A stretch of DNA of 64,000 bases from Vitrella brassicaformis CCMP3155. Taxonomy: Eukaryota; Protista; Chromerida. The stretch is taken from the NCBI GenBank assembly GCA_001179505.1, contig CDMY01000366.1, positions 310,001-374,000 on the forward strand, read 5' to 3'. The translations under genes were made by a program, and so were the position numbers. The notes under the pieces were generated by a model, which was given only the letters and a program-made list of their open reading frames with translations, was not told where the DNA came from and ran no database searches. This document shows positions 27,640-39,027 of the stretch, one piece after another (position 1 is the first letter of the stretch; every line of letters starts with the position of its first letter).

Positions 27640-28807
27640 ATGGGGGGCCGGCTTAGCGTCCTCGAGGCATGTCCTGCACCCGTCGACCCCCTCGAGGCTC
27701 TCTGTGAGGTGCCTGAGCCACGCCGCACCAGCCGCCGCATCTTCGTGCCTAGCGCACACCTGGCGGAGATCGTGTGTGATAATAAGTATCGTGTTGCTGA
27801 ATCTGAGGACGACTACTGCCTTATTAGTGCTGCAAGGTGGGCGACGGGGATGGCGGATGCATGCCACAGGCAATTGTTGACACTTTTGTGCCGAAAATGC
27901 CACGCCTACTTTTTACGGATGCAGTTGGAGTGTCGTCCGCGGCCTCGGACAGGTACGCCCACACAGCCGGGATGCCTCACGACGATACACATTGTGTCTG
28001 TGGTTCGTTCGTTTCCCTCTCCCATGCATGCAGCCGTCAGACGCCCCCGTCAGGCAGCGGCAGCGGTGACGTCTGTGGCGCCCACCTGCCCGCCGCTGCA
28101 CGTTCCGCATCCAGATCTCACCCGACGTACGGCATCCCAGGACCAGCGGCTTCCCCAGCGTATTCCATCATCAGCTCTGTGCTGTGTGTTCAGTGGCGCC
28201 ACTTCTGTGTTACTGACGCTCACGCCAGATCCACTCGGCCCGAAGCCTATCAAGAAGAACAACACACTGCCTTTCCCGAGGGTTCAACACGAAGGCACCC
28301 GTGGTGGCCAGGACACCAACCCCGCCCAGCTGGGGGAAGAGGACGACTGCGCGATGGCGCTGAGGGAGGAGACCCTGATGCACCATGTGATGACTGAGGC
28401 CACCATGGCGCACCCAGCCAGAGCACATCGAGGACGAGGGAGAGGACCTGGGCGTGAGCGGCATGATGAGCCGGAGGTCGGCGGGGATGCTGCACCACAT
28501 CATGGAGGGCGACGACCGATTCTCCATTCCTGCACGTTTTGGCGGCCTCCCTTTCGTACCCTTCCTGGCTGACGCCGTCGGCACGCAGCCCCAGCCATCC
28601 CCCACACACACCATGGCCCGCATCATCCGCCGCATGACATGCCGCCAGCCCCCCGTCGCTCATCACTCCCGTCGCGTGCTGCGAGAGCTCAAGGGCCAGC
28701 AGTTCGCCATGGCCCGCGTGAAGCTCTTCCCGGACTACCTGCTGGTCGCCTTGAGCAACTCACCCACCTCACCCACGTTGCCGTCGCAGCTACGCACGGC
28801 GAGTGGT
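27640..28807 (+). pseudogene. Family copy A (truncated, frameshifted)
   Basis: Header MGGRLSVLEACPAPVDPLEALCEVPEP; body motifs ETLMHHVMTE, PARFGGLPFVP, FAMARVK in different frames. Ends at the start of copy B. Confidence 0.7.
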
Positions 28808-28838
28808 GAGCGCACAGCCGGCCTGGGCCATCTTCGTC

Positions 28839-30055
28839 ATGGGGGGCCGGCTTAGCGTCCTCGAGGCAGGTCCTGCACCCGTCGACCCCCTTGAGGCTCT
28901 CTGTGAGGTGCCTGAGCCACGCCGCACCAGCCGCCGCATCTTCGTGCATAGCGCACACCTGGCGGAGATTGTGTGTGATGATAAGTATCATGCTGCTTGA
29001 TCTGAGGACGGAAACTGCCTTATGAGTGATGCAAGGTGGGCGAGGAGGGACGGCGGGTGCATGCCGAAAGCAATTGTTCACGCCTAATATTTCTCTGTAT
29101 GGATCTTGTGCAAGTGCAGCGCGGAGCTGTGCGCGAGTAATGCCGACGGCACCACCACTGAGGCGACCGATGCAGCGAGGTGTGTACTCAAGGTCATTCA
29201 TGTTGTTGTTTCACTTTCAGACCACGCACCACCAGCAGCAGCAGCACCAGCAGTGTGCCTGCCGAGCATCGCACCCTCTCCCCCGTCACCACCCCTCCCG
29301 CCACCTACCGTTATTCTGTCGCCCCAAGCACCAGCCAGGAGCACCTGAGCACGCCAAACAGCAGGTTGCGGTTCTGTGCCTGCGAGAGTGCGGCCGTCTG
29401 CATCAAGACGGCTGTGCACGAGAGCGGGCTCATCGAGCCACTGATGAGCCACCTGCTAAGGGAGCAGTCCCTGGCGAATCCCCTGAGGCGCCACCTGCTC
29501 TACGGCACCACCGAGAACGAGAAGGCGGAGGAGCGGCAGTCACTTTACGAGCCGGGGAGGATGAGCCGCCGGTCAAGTGCCCTCTTTGATCGCATGTTGC
29601 GTGGCGACCGCAGCTTCCAGGAACCGGCGCGCTTCGACGGGCTGCCCTTCACCCCTTTCCTGTCCGCCGCCTCTCCCGCGACCAGCAGCAGCGCTATCAC
29701 CCCCACCCAAAGCAGCGCCCCCGCTCCTTTCTCCCCGTTGCCGCCATCCCCACCATCGTATGTGCTCGAGGGGATGCAATCAGGGGAGTTCGCTATGGCA
29801 GCGGTCAAGCGGTCGACCATCAGCAGTCTGCCGACCGACGTGAGCGAGAGAGGCGGCCTCCCGCTCGACGGGCTGAGCGCCCCAAAGGTGGACGAGGTGA
29901 CTCAGCGGCGTCTGCGGCTGGAGCAGCAGCAGAGGAGGTGGGCGATGGCGTATGCGACACTGAGCTGATGGACAAGGGCGTCGATGCCCACTCACACACC
30001 ATCGTCAGCTGCAGCGACAGCCGGGTGGCCGGCCGGCTGCAATGCGACGATGTGA
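28839..30055 (+). pseudogene. Family copy B (nonsense codon and frameshift, truncated)
   Basis: Header nearly identical to copy A, with TGA at 28998-29000 where A has GAA. Body LRF..AAVCIK, EPLMSHLL, PARFDGLPFTP, EFAMAAVK; frameshift at ~29962. Confidence 0.75.
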
Positions 30056-30179
30056 GCATGGCACTCAGAATTCACTCACCTAATATGCGTCGATATCCCA
30101 TGTGGTTCGCGCTGTGGGTGCAGATCCCTGCGTACATTTTATATCCCTTGGCCCCTTTTCCCCCACACCAGGCGGAGGC

Positions 30180-33100
30180 GGAGGTTCAATTGGACCACAA
30201 GTATCTATCGTATTGCTGATTCAGAGGACGACTTGCCTTGTCGACGAAGCAAGGTGGGCGAGGGGAAGCCACAAGCAGTCAGTGACCATTTCTTGCCGCA
30301 CACCACCTCATTCTGTGTGTATTTCCCTCTGTTGCACCACTGCATCATCGACGGCCACCAGCTCGCGGCGCCCAGCTCGGTGCTGCGCTTCGGCACAGTC
30401 GGCCAGGCGGCGGTGTGTTTGAAGAAGGAGAACGCAGAGGGCCTGGGAGGGCCGCAGGGCAGGATGGCGGTGGTGCACAACGAGGCGCTGATGCAACACA
30501 TGCCCGCCGAGGCGGCGCTCTCACATCCTGCCAGGGCCGAGTCGTCTGGAGGGGGCACGCTGAGGATGTGGAGCGTGACGACGCGACCACGCTGAATAGG
30601 CCAGGCGCGATGAATCGCCGCGCCGCTGCCGTGTCTGTCCCGTCTTCACCCTTCAAGATCAGCAAACCCTGAACAATCTCAAGGATTTGGACGGGGAAGC
30701 AATCGAGTGGTGAGAGGCGGCGAAATGGAGTTCCGTGCGTTGACGTACACATCCACAAGAACACTCGCACAGATGCTTCGTCCCCACTGTCTGTCTGTCT
30801 GTCTGTCGGTGTCTGAAGACATGATGGAGGGTAAGGCCACCTTCCAGCGGACAGCCAGGTTCCTCGATAAGTGCCGCAACCGCGCTGTGGGCATTCACAA
30901 CCTCATGGAGATGCTCAGTCGTGCCGCCCCTCGGTAAGGATCTCTGAGTGCTTGGCTGCACCATGGACGGACGGACGGATGTGGTTGTTTGCAATGCATC
31001 AGGGCACGCCGTGGCGCTGGTGCTCGGCTCGGCCAAGAGGAGGCTGCTGCTGCTGTGGCTGCGGCGCCCGCTGCTGCTGACTACAGCAAGTGCGACACGG
31101 ATGCATGCCGTCAAGGTGGTGTGCGGTGCGGCCACCCACCTGTCAGCGAGAAGCTGCAGGCCAACAACGTGCGCCACGTCGCCGCCAACCACCCCGCCAT
31201 TCTGGGAGAGAAGAATCGGCTGCCGTTTGTGGGGCTTTGTGTGGACGGACGATGACGGACCAACGCCCTGCTGTCATTTTCTGAGGTGCATTTGCGCATC
31301 GTCGAGATGCCCCGCCACGCCCAAGACGGCCCCTCTGCCACCCCGCACCTCGGCACGCAGCATAAGAGCATTCGACTGCCCCTTGGGTCCGTCACGCGCA
31401 TCGACGCCGTGGAGATGGTGACGGGAAGCCTGATTCCGGAGGCCTGCGGCAAGCCATACTGCAGGGTGCCGGAGATGCNNNNNNNNNNNNNNNNNNNNNN
31501 NNNNNNNNNNNNNNNNNNNNNNNNNNNNNNNNNNNNNNNNNNNNNNNNNNNNNNNNNNNNNNNNNNNNNNNNNNNNNNNNNNNNNNNNNNNNNNNNNNNN
31601 NNNNNNNNNNNNNNNNNNNNNNNNNNNNNNNNNNNNNNNNNNNNNNNNNNNNNNNNNNNNNNNNNNNNNNNNNNNNNNNNNNNNNNNNNNNNNNNNNNNN
31701 NNNNNNNNNNNNNNNNNNNNNNNNNNNNNNNNNNNNNNNNNNNNNNNNNNNNNNNNNNNNNNNNNNNNNNNNNNNNNNCGTCCCCACTGTCTGTCTGTCT
31801 GTCTGTCTGTCGGTGTCTGAAGACATGATGGAGGGTAAGGCCACCTTCCAGCGGACAGCCAGGTTCCTCGATAAGTGCCGCACCCGCGCTGTGGGCATTC
31901 ACAACCTCATGGAGATGCTCAGTCGTGCCGCCCCTCGGTAAGGATCTCTGAGTGCTTGGCTGCACCATGGACGGACGGACGGATGTGGTTGTTTGCAATG
32001 CATCAGGGCACGCCGTGGCGCTGGTGCTCGGCTCGGCCAAGAGGAGGCTGCTGCTGCTGTGGCTGCGGCGCCCGCTGCTGCTGACTACAGCAAGTGCGAC
32101 ACGGATGCATGCCGTCAAGGTGGTGTGCGGTGCGGCCACCCACCTGTCAGCGAGAAGCTGCAGGCCAACAACGTGCGCCACGTCGCCGCCAACCACCCCG
32201 CCATTCTGGGAGAGAAGAATCGGCTGCCGTTTGTGGGGCTTTGTGTGGACGGACGATGACGGACCAACGCCCTGCTGTCATTTTCTGAGGTGCATTTGCG
32301 CATCGTCGAGATGCCCCGCCACGCCCAAGACGGCCCCTCTGCCACCCCGCACCTCGGCACGCAGCATAAGAGCATTCGACTGCCCCTTGGGTCCGTCACG
32401 CGCATCGACGCCGTGGAGATGGTGACGGGAAGCCTGATTCCGGAGGCCTGCGGCAAGCCATACTGCAGGGTGCCGGAGATGCAGCTGCTGAGCACCTGAA
32501 GAAGGGCCTGGATGAGGCCCAATACATGTACAAGCCACCCGCCGGCAGCACATACCGCCAGTGCGTGGCAGATTACGTCGCCGTGGCGACGTGGCGCGAC
32601 GTGGTCCTGAAGGACCTGGGCTTCACGGGCGTCACCGCAGCCTTGTCCTTCATTACCGGCCGGCTCTCCACAAGACGCCCCACTGCGGCGGCCCCAGTGG
32701 GATATGGCAAACTTTTCGTCGACCCATCGCTCACAGGTCCGTGGAGGAAGAAAGGCCACACACTTGTGGTTCATGCATTCACTTATACAGTGTGTGTGGG
32801 TACGCTTTGTGTGTTGTTTGGTTGCAGGAATGGAGGCGGTGGTGCAGCACTCAGGGATGGTGCACGTGTCGGCGTCCCTCGCCAGGCAGCCAGGCAGCTG
32901 GAGGGGCGCAAGAGCTGATTCGAGAGGGCCCTCACACTGCTGGACTACACCAAAAGTGACACGCTGTCGCTGTCATGGTGGCCATGACGACTCCCACTAC
33001 CCACCACTCACACCCAGCCCCTGATATCGACCGCCTCATCACCGAGGGCCTCCCAATGGTCGAGGCCGCCAAGACCATGGCCTTTCAACTTATGACGCCC

Positions 33101-33380
33101 ATCCCGGCTGACCGAGAGAGGGCAGCTGGTGCGCCTCATGCAGGAGAGGACCATCATGCCCGCACCGGCGAGGAGGAAGTGGCTCAGCTGGGTGACGAAG
33201 GGCGGCCCTGCTGGTGTCCCGGGCACCGTACCAATACACCTTACCACCGGCCCCCGTGGACCCACCCAAGGCAGCTACGCCAGCACTGTGCAGCGCGACT
33301 GGAGGTGCTGTCTCCAGGGGATCCTCTTCTTATTTGTCCACATGTCTCTCGTGTCTTGTGCAGGTGGATCGCTGTGTACA
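30180..33380 (+). pseudogene. Family copy C (frameshifted; spans assembly gap)
   Basis: End of header (SEDD..DEARW), LRFGTVGQAAVCLKK, NEALMQHM, LQANNVRHVA, GSVTRID, KDLGF..AALSFITGR, PDIDRLI, AKTMAFQL, WRCC plus hydrophobic tail, split over frames. Confidence 0.7.
31479..31778. other. Assembly gap (300 N) flanked by a near-identical ~700-bp direct duplication (30779-31478 vs 31779-32482)
   Basis: Run of N. Flanks differ visibly by one GTCT unit and one A/C substitution. Confidence 0.95.
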
Positions 33381-33499
33381 TTTTATATCAAGACGGCCCC
33401 TTCTTGACATTCTATACGCCCCACAGCAGTCATGCACCTGTCTCTGCATGAGGGACTCGTGCCCGAGCAGACCGTCATTCTGCCCCTGGGCGGGTCCGC

Positions 33500-33960
33500 G
33501 ACATTCCATGATTTGCGCAGACCATGGGCGTGACGTCGTGGGCGACACGCTGGTTGCGGGCCATTGGACGTGGGGAGATGACAACCCCGAAAACGAGCTC
33601 GTCTCACTGCACCTCCTTCGCTTCCCTGACGCCCCTGTCGGCCGCCGCCACTCACATCCATGCCGTCAGCCGCAGCCCCCCACACACCCGGATGATGACG
33701 GCACTCTCTGTCACACGCATAGACCCCATCGGCACGGCAGAATTTTCGGCGAGTGCGACGCGTACAGCCCCGAGCAGGCCTTCCTCCACGCCTTCGCGGA
33801 GGCCTTGTCATCCCTGCAGCGGGTCCGCGACACTCATGCTCTGCGGTGGGCGATCGGCGTGAGGTCGTGGGAGACGGTGCTGACGTGTCTGTCGTTCCTG
33901 AGCCGCAGGGACCTCCACGGCCGACGGATGCCGGTGTGGAAGGTGGCACATCTGCATAGC
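33500..33960 (+). pseudogene. Family copy D (internal fragment)
   Basis: WTWGDDNPENELVSLH, SVTRIDPIG and YSPEQAFLHAF correspond to copy E VWGDDNGPNELISIH, SVTRIDPTG and SSPEQQFVRAL. Confidence 0.7.
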
Positions 33961-34689
33961 CACGAGTCGACAGGTAAAGGCACATGCACTGAGTGAGGAA
34001 TCCTTCCACACCAAACGATCCTCTGTGTGCAGAGGCGCCATGGTGTCTCTATGCACGTCTCTCGTTTGTCCCTCGATTGCGTGCAGAGTTCATTGCTGCC
34101 TGCATTTTATATTCTTGATGTCACTGGACCGGCATGACTCAGCTACCAATCATACACTCAGGCATCTGCGGTGTTGGCTAGACCGCATGGACCACACTCA
34201 CAGACCACACAAACATAACATCGCACTTACCACACATATCGCAACATATCACATATCTGTCACCACTCTGACAGAGCGTCACTCAACGAGCTGAAGGTAC
34301 ACATACGCACAGAGAGAGAGAGAGAGAGAGATTATGTAAAGAGAGGCATTCAGAGGTGTATGTGTCTTGTGGTTCAGGACACACTGTGTCGTTGGCGTGA
34401 CGACCCGACAAGAACAATCTCTGTACATGTATGCCAAAGGCGGTGCAGCGTGAAGTGTTTGCGGTGTTCCAAACTTGATCAATATCGATAATATATTGCC
34501 ACCCGTTCCGTCTTCCTCTAGCTAGACGTGAATGCATTCATGTCCGCTGGCCGACCAGAGTCACAAAGAAGTTGATGGACTCCACAGACCACATATACAC
34601 TACATGACAGCGCAACCACACACCAAATGTCTATCCCCTCGCAGGCCTTCTCAGCTCCTGTCACATCACACGTCCTTCCCCCCTCCGGA

Positions 34690-35685
34690 TCAAGTGTCCA
34701 ACAGCCCCCTCTCATTGACGGCCTTCATCGTCAGCAGCACCAGCTGGGATAAAGGAATCACCTGCGGCGGCACAGCCACGTTCTCCGTCGCAACACCGCC
34801 CTGGTTGCCGCGAGTCGCCAAGCTGCGGTCGAATGGGACATACGATTGCCGGTCGCCGGTCTGTTGCCCCTTCACTGTTGTACTCACAAGCCCCTGCAAA
34901 GCTGCATCGGCCGCAGACGTCGAAGGGCCCTCCACCTCACTGTCTCGACGCACAGACACCACCTGACAAACGAGAGGAAAACCACTTCAGTGCGCGCACA
35001 GATTGAGCCTGTGTGCATGTGGGGCTTTACTTACCCCAAGTGTGCGGAGCGTCAGCCACACGCATCGAATCCAGCGTGCCCGTGCCTCCTTGTCGTCCTG
35101 AGTCAGCCGCTCCAGCGGATTCCTCTCACAGTGGATCTCACCCTCTACCTGCGGACAGGCACCCCAGCTCAATGAATGAGGATCTCTCCTCATCTCCATC
35201 GGCCGACACCTTCGTACCTGTGTTTCAAGCTGAAGCTGCACGGGAGAGCAGCCGCCGTAGATGAAGACATCCACACACTCCTCCACAAAGTCGCCAAGCG
35301 CCTCGGCCAGAGAGCGTCCCCGATTATGCAGACACGCCTCCCGATAGTAGAGGTTGAGCGATCTGGCGCTCTTGTTGAGATCAAAGTCCGGCAACAGGGT
35401 GCTCATCATCAGCAGACGCCTCGACAAGTGCCGCTTGCTGATGCCGACTGAAGAAGAGGGCACGATGCGGCTTCGAAGCACGAAAGATGTACAAGGACTC
35501 ATTGCAGACGGCTGACGAGGGCATGCAGGGTTGGCTCGGCAGTCTTGCCGCCTGGCAGAGCTCCCCGCCGGCTGAATAAGCACCACACTCATCACCTGCC
35601 ATAAGATGTTCAAGATCTTCAACCAGCGAATGAGCGGTGAGAGTGAGTGACGGCGCCGTGCGTTTGGGGCATCCATTTCATTCAT
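34690..35685 (-). CDS. Hypothetical protein (multi-exon), possibly plastid-targeted
   Basis: Long ORF segments joined by GT-AG introns (e.g. RTLG|gtaagt ... tcag|VVSVRR in phase 0). S/R-rich N-terminal region; helical core AEALGDFVEECVDVF..QLQLE..DDKEARARWIRCVWLTL. Confidence 0.5.
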
Positions 35686-35879
35686 GTGGCCTTGGAGAAG
35701 ACCTCTGTTGCTTCCTCTCCCTCCCGTTTGCCCCTGAGCTCGCAGTCAGGGCTTAAGGGGTCGCGAAACTGCTCGTCGAGCTCGAGGGAGAGAACCAAAA
35801 AAGGAGGAAGGAGCAGGAAGGAGCCGTTATTGTTGTTGTTAGCTTGTAGTGTCCCGATTAGGCACTGCCAGCCAGCGCG

Positions 35880-37398
35880 ATGAACTTCTTCGGTTTGGGC
35901 AAGAAGAAGTCGCCCTCTCCGCAGGAGCTGTGGCGGCTCATCCGTTCCGACCTCGAGAAGCTCGAGAAGCTCGACCCGACTGCGGCCGACAGCAAGCACC
36001 AGATCGACAAGCTCAACAAGGACGCGGCCGAGCGGCTGACGCAGGTGCTGAGCCACCTGCCGCTGGCGACCGACTACGAGGACAAGCAGCTGCCTTCGGA
36101 CGAGGCGCGTGACGCCATCGTGAGCAGCATGCTGAGCGACGACACGCTGGTCATGATAGCCCGCGACCTGGGCAAGTACGAGTTCGAGGTGAAGCGGCTG
36201 GTGAGCCAGATATTCTCCAACCTGATGACGGCCAAGGAGGAGGAGAGCGGCAAGCGGCCCGCACTCGAGTATGTCCTCAACCACAAGACGCTCATCGACC
36301 ACCTCGTGGCGGGGTACGAGGCCAGCGCCTCCGGCAAGCAGCCCACCACCGTCCCACACGTGGGCGAGATGCTGCGTGCGTGTGCGGGCTACGACGAGCT
36401 GGTGCGGTACGTCTTGGAGACGGGCCACGTGTACCGCCTGATCGATGCAGTGAAGCTGCAGAACTTCGACGTGGCCAGCGACGCCTTTGTGTCGCTGCGT
36501 GAGTTCCTGGTCAAGAAGAAGAACGCGTCGGCCGAGTTCATCCAGGACCACTTCGACGAGTTCTTCGACAAGTACTGGGAGATACTCAACACGTCCAACT
36601 ACGTCACGGTGCGGCAGAGCCTCAAGGTCCTCAGCGAGCTGCTCCTCGACCGCACCTTCCTCAGGCCGATGCTCAAGTACGTCAAGAACGAAAAGTTCCT
36701 CATGCTCCACATGGACCAACTCAGGTGCCTGGGGAGGGGAGCGGGCAACACACACAACACACGGGCGCGGCGCATGGGTGTCAGTCATCCTTTGCTGTGC
36801 TGTGCTGTGTTGGTCGTGGTGGTGTCTTATGTGTAGGAATGAGAGCAAGGCGATAGCGTTTGAGGCGTTTCACTTGTTCAAGATCTTCGTGGCCAACCCG
36901 CAGAAGCCCCCGAGGGTCCACAAGATACTCTACGCCAACAGAGACCGCATCATCAGATTCCTCAACCAATTCCTCGTCGACAGGTACGTCACAGACACAT
37001 CACGCCCCACACCCACACAACGGCTCTCAATCCATCGCATGGCCCCATTGTTCTCCAGGGAGGAGGAACAGTTTGTGGCCGACAAGCAGACGATTCTGCA
37101 GAAGCTGGAGCAGCTGCCCCCGCCCCCCGACTCCCCCACACAGACCCAGGCCGCACCCGCCACACAGCAGCCACAGCCACAGGCAGAGGCTGAGGGCGCG
37201 AGTGGGGAGCCCACAGCGCCACAGCAGCAGCAGCAGCAGCCGGAGGGCCACGAGAGGCCTGAGGAGCAGCCACCAGCAGCAGCAGCAGCGTCAGCGTCAA
37301 GTGATGCGCCCCAAGAAGCGCCAGCAGCAGCGGCAGAGGCGGCCGTTGCGGGCAGCGGCGAGGCAGCACCCGAAACGGAGACTGGGGGAGGGTCCTAG
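35880..37398 (+). CDS. CAB39: MO25/CAB39 calcium-binding scaffold protein
   Basis: KKSPSPQEL, FEVKRLVSQIFSNL, GEMLRAC, FDVASDAFVSLREFL, NYVTVRQSLKVLSELLLDR, AFEAFHLFKIFVANP. Confidence 0.95.
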
Positions 37399-38845
37399 CA
37401 AGTGTGTTACCCGCGGGGCTGTCTGGTCGATCCGTAGCTTCCCCTCGTCGGTGTTGGTCGGGCTACTTCCGAGTGTCTGCGTCTCTGTCGGAGTGTGTGT
37501 GTGTGTGTGTGGTTGGTGGGATGGGTTTTGACGGCGGTTGGTCGGGTGAGCTGTGTAGCGGTGGATGGCCTGCCTGCCTGCCTGCCTGTTTAAGGGGATC
37601 AGGGGAGAAGCAGCCGCTGGCACTGCTCAGATTCTTGATTGCTTTGTTTGTCAGTCCACCCATCCATGCATCCATCCATCCGTCCATCCGTCCACGAGAA
37701 ACACCGTCACGCGTTGGTTGGTTTTTGTCCATCTTGGGGTAGGTTAGTTGCCTTTTGTTGCCTTCTGTTAGTGGTCGTCTGCGTGTAGACGAGTGTGTGC
37801 ACTTGCCCGCGCCTTCACACCAACGAGAAAACACTCCGTGCCTAAACAAACAGCATGGAACGGTTTCTTGTTCGTGTGGCGACGGCCAAGTGCACATACT
37901 CATCCACGAGGACAGATGGAGAGCTCTGCTTTTCCTCTGGTGACTGATTGACGGGGGCAGCCGTCTGTGTGGCCAGGGGCCCTTTGGGTGGGATTCCTTG
38001 ATCTATCCTGTACAGTCATCGATCAGACAGACAGAGATTTCGTCTCGTGGGGTTTGCGTCTCCCTTGTCTGAGATTCCTTTCTGTCGGCCTGCGTAGCAT
38101 TGTGACGGCCGGTGTATCGCCTGTGCGTGACACAGCTGCGCGCCGTCGACGGGAAAGGCCCTCAGACAAGGGGTTTCAAACAGGGGCTGTCCATTGGGTG
38201 TTTGCGGTGCATGCCGCTCTCTGCTTGTGTACATGGCGATCGCTATGCTGCTACGCTCTGTCTTGTCTGTCTCATTATTCCGAGTTTTGGTCTCTCCTCT
38301 GTTCCTTCCCCTCTCTCTCTGGTCTGCCTGGACCATCCATCCATCTGTAAATACCTCACTCACTCACAACTTCTTGACTCATCAACTTCCCTTCCTCTGT
38401 CTCTGCAGACTCGCCTCGCCTCGCCCTCTGTCTAGCTGGCTGGCCATGGGTGCATCTGTCTGTCTGTTTTTGCTCCATCCGTCAATAATGAATGACGCTC
38501 ACTCGATGCCATTAACACATACGATGCCGTGTGTGTATGTGTGTATGATGCGTGTTGACTTGAATTGCATGGCATGGATCCCTCCCTCCCTCCATCCCTC
38601 TCTCCCTCCGTGGTGTAACTAACTACTTCTTTGACCAGCCACGTGCAAATTGTCACACGCACGACACCATCAACAGACCCGTTTTCACACACACACTGAA
38701 CAAGGAACGGCTCTTCACCAGCACTAGACAGACAGACAGACAGACGGACACGCTACACACAAACACGTGGGGGGGAGAGGGGCCGTCCACCACATCACTC
38801 CAGTACGTACTGGCAACTGGCAGGCCCGTCGTGCATGTGCCAATC

Positions 38846-38912
38846 GTCCACACACATCCGCTTGGCAAGGCCCAGGCATGTGGGTTGTCTCGCCAACCTT
38901 CACTCGTGGGAC
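38846..38912 (-). promoter_or_regulatory. Type II SECIS element in the SelT 3' UTR
   Basis: Minus strand reads GUCCCAC-GA-GUGAA-GGUUGGCGAG-AC-AA-CCCA-CAUGCC-UGGG-C-CUUGCCAAGC-GGAU-GU-GUGUGGAC. This gives the UGAA/GGAU core, helix II, unpaired AA, apical mini-stem and helix I. Confidence 0.85.
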
Positions 38913-39027
38913 TCTCCAGGCACCGCAGCCAACGTCAGCCAGCCAGCCAGCCGACTGATGGAGGGATGGATGGAAGGACGGACAGCGGGGGCGGAGGGAG
39001 GGGGGAGGAGGGGGACGGGGCGGCGCC

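Noticed and set aside
27343-29080. Repeated header as a CRISPR array or LTR/TIR transposon
   Set aside because: The repeats are long, coding and irregular. I found no spacers, terminal repeats, target-site duplications, or transposase/RT motifs.
35682-36848. 388-aa minus-strand ORF
   Set aside because: Antisense shadow of the GC3-rich MO25 coding exon.
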